Shown: piece by piece, positions 56,605 through 64,000 of the stretch | How the letters are laid out: each line of letters begins with the position of its first letter | Position numbering within the stretch: position 1 is the first letter of the stretch | From: Octopus vulgaris | Lineage: Eukaryota | Length of the DNA: 64,000 nt | Direction of reading: 5' to 3' | Assembly: GCA_951406725.2 (NCBI GenBank) | Contig: OX597815.1 | Location: forward strand, 186,310,001-186,374,000 | Translations under genes and position numbers: made by a program | The notes under the pieces: model-generated | What the model saw: only the letters and a program-made list of their open reading frames with translations | Database searches by the model: none | Told to the model about the DNA's origin: nothing

Positions 56605-56910
56605 ATGACATTATTTCTCAGGCCATTTGTATGTCCATTGTAGAAGTATGGAAAATAAACCGACTAATAGGTTGTATGTGAAGGCTCTAAAAGCTAGGAG
56701 TGCATGTCAGTGAAGGATTACTGCTTGGCTGCTGCTAGCGACGAAAGTATAAAACATTCGATTTACAACCTGACAGCTGCACGCAGGTTGCCCCCATAGA
56801 GACCACATAAATATTTGCCACTGTTTGCTTTTCGAGTAAGGAAAGCCATTGAACATCTAAATTGCTGAAACAGCCTTCGAACTTTCTCTCTGTCTTCCTC
56901 TTTCTTTCTG

Positions 56911-57175
<265 letters not shown>

Positions 57176-57854
57176 TTTCTTTCTCTCACACATTCGCGTT
57201 TCCTTTTTATCTTGCATTTCTTTACTCATTGTATTAATAAGTGTTTCTTTCATCGATTTGCTCCCATGTTCAACGCTTAAAAGGTTTCCATTTTTTTTTT
57301 CCTTTAATTTTCTTCTCTTCGAAGTCTTTGTCTTTCTCTCTAACACTTTCTCTTTAGAATGGTATCTCTCTTTCTCCCTCAGAAATACATCCACAAACTT
57401 GAAATCGTAAAAGTGCTACTTACGCTGCCACGAGCTCAGAAGCGGTACGTTTCGGCTAACAGCAGCAGTGAAAAGAACCAGAGCGTCAGGAAGTTCCAAT
57501 ATAAACATTATATGCTATACAAACGTCACATCAACACTTTATGCATCAGAAACAAACACTTACATTAAATGCAATTACATACTGCACACAGTCACAAGCT
57601 TTGTGCACAAGCACAAGTATGTATTTGCATGAATATGCAATTTACCGCTAGTGTTCTTTCGTTTGATTGGTTTACACGGCTAAATGCGGCCACAACGGGA
57701 CGCTGATAACTTCTTCTCCGTACATTTTGACTGTTCTACATTTTATGACCAACAGAAAGAAAGACCTGAGCGTAAACTGACGTAACCGCAAAGGAACATA
57801 GCCAAATGAGTGGCAGGAAACAATTATTAACATTATCGCCTTAATAATTTAATA

Positions 57855-58237
57855 CGAGCAAAACGCCCCCCGTCCAATAGACGGTGCTGAGTTGTCAAAC
57901 ACTTAAACCAAATTTTATCAAAACAACTTGTCCCACCGTCCCATAAGAAACCCCTTTGAGAAACTCTGATTTAACCTAAATTTGAGACACCAGCAAAAGA
58001 AGAAATAAAAGTAGACTTTTTTCTATTCCAAGAAAAGCGATTTTACATATGCACGTTCCCATAGCTTTATCGATCGCATTCTCACCTGGATCGATTTTTG
58101 TAATTTCTTCAAGACTTATACACGCCCTGATACTGTCGGTATCTACTTAACAAATTTGAGCGCAAACAGATGGAGGATGCCCGACATCCTAGAAGACACA
58201 CACACTCAGACAGACAGAGTGGATTTTATATATTAGA
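57855..58237 (-). mobile_element. Possible non-autonomous Helitron, different family
   Basis: acgagca (degenerate CTAG end) followed by hairpin ccgtc-caata-gacgg; other end ttttatatattagat resembles the other Helitrons. Confidence 0.45.
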
Positions 58238-58243
58238 TGATAT

Positions 58244-58780
58244 GCGGTGAGCTAGCAGAATCATTAGCACGCCAGGCGAAATGCTTAGCGGCATTTCGTC
58301 TGCCGTTACGTTCTGAGTTCAAATTCCGCCGAGATCGACTTTGCCTTTCATCCTTTCGGGGTCAATAAATTAAGTACCAGTTACGCACTGGGGTTGATAT
58401 AATCGACTTAATCCCTTTGTCTGTCCTTGTTTGTCCTCTCTATGTTTAGCCCCTTGTGGGTAGTAAAGAAATAGGTATTTCGCTCGTCGCTACGTTCTGA
58501 GTTCAAATTCCGCCGAGGTCGAGTTTGCCTTTCATCCTTTCGGTGTCGAGAAATCAAGTACAAGTTGAGCACTAGGGTCGATATAATCGACTTACCCACT
58601 CCCTTGAAATTGCTGGCCTTGTGCCAAAATTGGAAAACAATATTTTAATGAGATTGTAAGGCGGTGAGCTGGCAGAATCGAAGAACAACGAACAAAATGC
58701 TTTGTAGCATTGCCTCCGTCTTTACGTTCTGAGTTCAAATTCCGCTGAGACCGACTTTGCCTCATGGGATAGATAAAACA
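58244..58780 (+). mobile_element. SINE family B dimer plus a further partial copy
   Basis: Second unit starts at 58476 with the same gaaata-gg-tatttc junction; new head near 58660. Confidence 0.9.
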
Positions 58781-58797
58781 CAGTAACAGTTGAGAAC

Positions 58798-59282
58798 TTC
58801 TTCTTAATCCTTTTTGCCGATTGTGGAGCATAGGGCCTCAACAGTTGTTTTCCACTTTTTGCAGTCATTGGTGTGTTTCTTGGCTGCTTCCCATGTCAGG
58901 CCGGTGGTCCTGAGCTCGTCCAAAATGCTCCGCTTCCATGTCTGCTTCGGGTGTCCTCGCTTCCTTTTCCCCTGTCCCAGTCAAATGCTTGTCGTGTCAC
59001 ATTTGAGGGTTTATTTCTGCAGTGTGTGTCCGATCCATCTCCATTTCATTCGTTTAATCTGGACATGTATGGGCTCCTGGTTGGCCCTTTCCCACAGGTT
59101 GGTGTTTGGCACTCTGTCGAACCACTTCAGATGGAGGATCTGCCGGAGACATTTATTGACGAAGGTCTGGATCCTCTTGTAGATGCTGCAGGTGGATCTC
59201 CATGTTTCAGAGCCATATAAAAGCACCGATTTTACATTTGAACTAAATAAGCGGAGCTTAGTTCGAGTTGAGATGGCAATTG
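58798..59282 (-). mobile_element. 3' end of an RTE-clade LINE
   Basis: LLYGSETW, KCLRQIL, WRWIGHTL, QGKRKRGHPKQTWKRS, ends with taagaagaag. Confidence 0.9.
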
Positions 59283-60274
59283 AGAACTAGAGTGGATTTA
59301 ATCGACTTACCCAATACCTGAACTGGTTGGCATCGTGCTAAAATGTTAAACTAATAGTTTAGTGTGATATATTGACAGAATCGTGTGACTTGGCCTTATA
59401 TGCACCGGCTTTTTGCATTCCGAGTTCAGATCCCTTCAAGGTCAGCTTGTCTTGTCTTCTTTTCGAGGGTATAAAAATAAAGGGCCACAGAAGAATTGTG
59501 GTAAAAGATACTGACTGTCTACTCCGATTCAAAATTGCTGGTCTTTCACCCATATTACAATTGATTATTAATATTTGAAACTAATTATGAAGAATATTTA
59601 TTATAATCTCAGACGAATGATAGTTATATCATCTTTGATAGTAATCGAATATTTCTAATGTGAGAAGATTCGTTTATAATCTGTTCTATTACTTAAACCA
59701 AGATAAAGTGTTATTGAACTATACTCAAATGCAGAACAGAAATACTCTCCGCTCTTAATATTGTAAAGTCCAACAGTTCAAAACGCACACTACCTTGTGA
59801 AATTGTTTTATTTCACTCGTCACATCAAACGAAATCGCTGTCGTTACATTGGTTTAAAGCGCCATGCAAAACGTTTTATGTTTCCAGATAAAGGAACGTC
59901 AAAGATATATTCTAGCTTTCACATGAGCATGCCCTTACGTTGCTTTCTGTATGTATCTGGTGTTTTCCTTTCAAGTTTTTGTTTAAATATAGCTTTGAGC
60001 GCACACTAAGAGATTCAAATACGTTCAAACGAGACTTGCCGAGAAAATATTTCTAAATTTTCTTTACACTTGTCAGACGCCAAAATTTTAACATAGGCGC
60101 CGACATGGCTCTTTGGTCAAACATTTCGATTAACAAACCCGTGGTCCAGAGTTCGATCTCAGTCTGTGGCATCTTAAGCAGTTTCTTTCTTCAATAGTCT
60201 TGAGTTCATAAATAATCTGTGAATGGAATTTTGTGATTCTAAACGTGCAAAACCATTTTGTATATGTATGTTTA

Positions 60275-60598
60275 CGCAGGTGTGGCTGTGTGGTGAGTAA
60301 CTTGCTTACCAACCACATGGTTCGTGTTCAGTCCCACTGCGTGGCACCTTGGGCAAGTGTCTTCTACTATAGCCTCGGGCCGACTAAAACCTTGTGAGTG
60401 GATTTGGTAGACGGAAACTGAAAGAAGACCGTCGTACATATATATATATATATATATGTAAGTATGTATGTGTGAGTGTGCGTGCGTGTGTATACGTTTG
60501 TGTGTCTGTGTTTGTCGCCCAACATCGCTTGACAACCGATGCTGGTGTGTTTACGTCCCCGTAACTTAGCGGTTCGGCAAAAGAGACCGATAGAATAA
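60275..60598 (+). mobile_element. SINE family A, 3'-truncated
   Basis: Matches family A up to gatagaataa, then switches to unrelated sequence. Confidence 0.92.
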
Positions 60599-60637
60599 TA
60601 CCTTGGGAATGAGAACCCATGATCGAAATTTCTCCAA

Positions 60638-60683
60638 GACACCTGATGAAGGCTGGAGGGTGTATCAGCCAAAACGTTGTGTT
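60638..60683 (+). ncRNA. Hammerhead motif with a G12A core change (probably inactive)
   Basis: gacac CTGATGA a ggctg-gagggtgtat-cagcc AAAAC GTT gtgtt. Confidence 0.65.
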
Positions 60684-61984
60684 AACAACAAACAAGATGA
60701 GGACAAATATCCGTCAAATGTAAATAATGTAAATAATGGACATAATTCCTCATCTCTCAAATATAGAAATGTGTTAGAACTGTAAACTTCGTTGTAAGTA
60801 AACAAAAAATTAAATATATAAATTCTATGCACCTTTTTCCTCATAATTCCCAATTTCTTATCCTTACTCAGAGGATAAAGAAATGATTATCTCCCTTGTA
60901 ATAGCTGACGTGTCTTCGGTAACCACAGGCTCTATTGTAGTCTTTATTACACGAAAAATCGATACTATCATTGAATTCTGTTGGAAATTATTTCCTGCTT
61001 TCATAAATTCTTTTAGTCGACTGATGATTTAGACTAAATATATGTGGGGGAGGGGTACGTGTGTGCGTGTGTGTATGCGTGCGTGCGTACGAGCGTGCGT
61101 GGTGTGTGTGTTTGTGTGTGTATGAGTGTGTTAATTAATTGTCTTGTGTAACATTTTCAAAGGAACGGAAGTCAGATATGTTTGAACTTGAGTTAAGATT
61201 GTATAAAGGTCATTTAGAATTACAAGCTTTATATTGACAATGGAGTCTTCTAGGAAGTCGTGTCATCGCCACCATCAATAACAGAAATCTGACATTCATA
61301 AGACAGACAAGAGTGTCCGTTAACAAGAGAAAGGAATTGCGAAGCGGTCTCAAAATACAAAGTACATTTGGGATAACGCAAAACTATCATGAAATCAATT
61401 ACTCGGAGAGGGTAGTAAAGGAACACAACAGAACCATCACTCCTGCTCAAATAGTAGTCAACCTTCCGAAGGAATTATTTCACAAACCAGCCGTCCCTTA
61501 TTTTGTGTAATTTCTCATATTACTCGAAGATTATTTCAAAACAGATAGAATATTTATTGTGTTATAGCAGAAATTTCAAAGCAGGTCTCCCGAATCTAGT
61601 TATTCTGTTACTTGTCAAGCCAGCAAACTGATAAGATCAGTATTCCAGTGACAAATGCAACATTATCTGTTTAGTATCCAGTTCGTTTCGTAGACATCAT
61701 CATTTTAGATATAATACATCTTCAACCGCTGGAAAAGAGAGCTATATCGATTTATTAAAGTTTCCATGTTAGCTGCAACGCTAAAACCAATGCATAAAAA
61801 TGGAGTTTCGCATAGCATAATTATCAAACTCAAATCAATTCAAAGAAAATACGAATAGTTATCGGTTTTGTTCATCAATAGCTTACATCACAGAAAAGAC
61901 GTTTTTTGTAGTAACAGTACACTGCAAAATTCAAACATATTTTGCTCTGAGTTACGTGATACATAAGCATACATATATGTTTCT

Positions 61985-62190
61985 TCTTGAGCCATGCCAG
62001 GCGCATAAGGGCCGGTTTCCCGGTTTCAGTGGCGTAGAAATTCCCCACCTGAACGAGACGCCGGTCCGACGCAGTGTTACTCATTTTTGCCAGCTGGGTT
62101 GACTGGAGCAACGTTAAATGAAGTGTTTTGCTCAAGAACACAACGCATCACCGGGCGGTTTTCTTCTAGTCGAACCTGGACTGCGTGCGT
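61985..62190 (-). mobile_element. Diverged SINE with CORE-like central region
   Basis: Minus strand gtgttcttgagcaaaacacttcatttaacgttgctccagtcaacccagctggcaaaaatgagt; related to 14020-14090. Confidence 0.65.
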
Positions 62191-62206
62191 GTTTATATTA
62201 CAGAGA

Positions 62207-62260
<54 letters not shown>

Positions 62261-62590
62261 ATATTAGAGTGACAATGTGTGTGTGTATATATTAGAGAGA
62301 GACAGTGCATGTGTGTGGGTGTATGTGTATGTTGGTGTGTATGTGTGTGAGGGTGGTGAGAGACAACATTGAAAACAATGAATGAAATAAACATGAAATG
62401 AAAAAAATCATATAAATAAAAGCTCATTAAAAACTTTCGGCATTCTTTGGGTTGAATTCTCAGAAACGCCAAAATGAACAGCTGGTATTGTTGGTTAATT
62501 TCCGTAAGAAAATTTTTTTTATTAACTTTTGTTTTAAAGTGAAAGAGAGGAGAAATTGAAAGGTGTATGTACGTGTATGTGAAATGGATA

Positions 62591-62678
<88 letters not shown>

Positions 62679-62804
62679 TGAATACCACTTAGAAATCACT
62701 CTTTCTCTCACTCCTCTCTCTCTCACATGCACAGATACATACAAAATGAAGTATATGTATGTATTTATTTATGTACATATACATGACAACACACCTCTTC
62801 ACAC

Positions 62805-62849
<45 letters not shown>

Positions 62850-64000
62850 AACACTCACACACATTAATGTATACAAACGCACATACAAAATCACACGTGT
62901 ATGTGACTGAATACAAATACATACAACTGAACACGGGGCAAAAAAGTAAATAAATCCTTTTTACTGAAACTAACATGGGGTGCGGGTTCAAGCGAAAGAA
63001 TGGCAAAACATCTACGGAATATGTAAATTTGTGAACTTGAAATATTAAACAATTAAAGGAAGTCCAGAAAGTAAATTTTCCCGAAAACTTCAATTTATAA
63101 AAGAAATCTCACTTGCTTAGTAAATATTTCTTTCAGTAATTTACCGTAGTTGTAATATATCTGTAATTTAAAGTAATATATCTGTAATTTAAAGTAACTA
63201 CAAGGTAACCATAGCACGTTTAGCGTGCTAGAAATAGCAGCGACCACATAGTTTTTATTCCAAATAGCCAAACCAACAAAATCACTTCTTTATATACTTC
63301 TTTTTTAATTATGCCGGTATACTATATCACGGAAGCCTCAAAGTTATACAGATATTTTGTCTATTAACACTCAATCATTCAATAAATACTTTTTCTGCAT
63401 TACATATATAGAATAAACATTGGGTTTTGCAAATAACGAATTGAAACTTGAAAGGAAAACATTGAAATGAATATATATTATATTATCATTAATGAAACTA
63501 GAGGCGAGAGAGAGTGAGATACTGTTGCAAGCGAAAATGTCGCCTGCAACGAATTAATATTGTTTATTAAATCTACTCCGCAGTGAATGCAACGAATATT
63601 TAAATGAGAGAAAAACTTCTAGTTCAAATATTCAATAAACTTTAGAAATCGAAATTACAGGATATTTCTTGGAATATGAATTAATAAAAAAAAATTTCCA
63701 GACGGTCAAATCTTTAATAATTGCTTTCTTTTAGTAACCGTTACAGGCAGCGCTGGATTAACCATTTAGCAAAATAAACATGTGCTTAGGGCATCAAAGG
63801 TCGGGGCAACACAGAAATGAGAATGGTTTACGGCACGAAAGAAATCATTTTAAACTTACTAAAATAATATTCATAATGCTTTATCTCTACTAAGTATAGA
63901 AGCAGAAGTTTTATGCAAAATTAATTTTAACGATATTATCAAACACTTTGCAATTAAAAAAAAAACAGAAAACTTTTCAAATATAAATAAAATGGAAGCA

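Overview
AT-rich, repeat-saturated eukaryotic genomic DNA. The SINE families and microsatellite load resemble Octopus/coleoid cephalopod sequence (inference from recalled repeat sequences, not from a search). I found no convincing host protein-coding gene, and most listed ORFs are microsatellite translations. The recognisable coding sequence is all transposon-derived: (1) a young Neptune-type Penelope-like element (RT + GIY-YIG) forming a ~3.9 kb head-to-head inverted structure in (TA)n at 7855-11813; (2) a stack of R4/Dong RLE retrotransposons in (TAA)n at 34388-40495, plus older relics; (3) RTE LINE relics; (4) Tc1/mariner relics and MITEs; (5) non-autonomous Helitrons; (6) three tRNA-SINE families, one forming tandem concatemers. 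Main hunt results: about 10 minimal hammerhead-ribozyme (HHR) motifs, two with a compensatory U3-A8 core and one with a second nested HHR arm; a recurring '(TA)n - inverted repeat - tail - (TA)n' class of small fold-back elements; and a ~415 nt G-U-biased rod-like hairpin at 7115-7528. Coordinates were counted by hand and boundaries of old relics are approximate.
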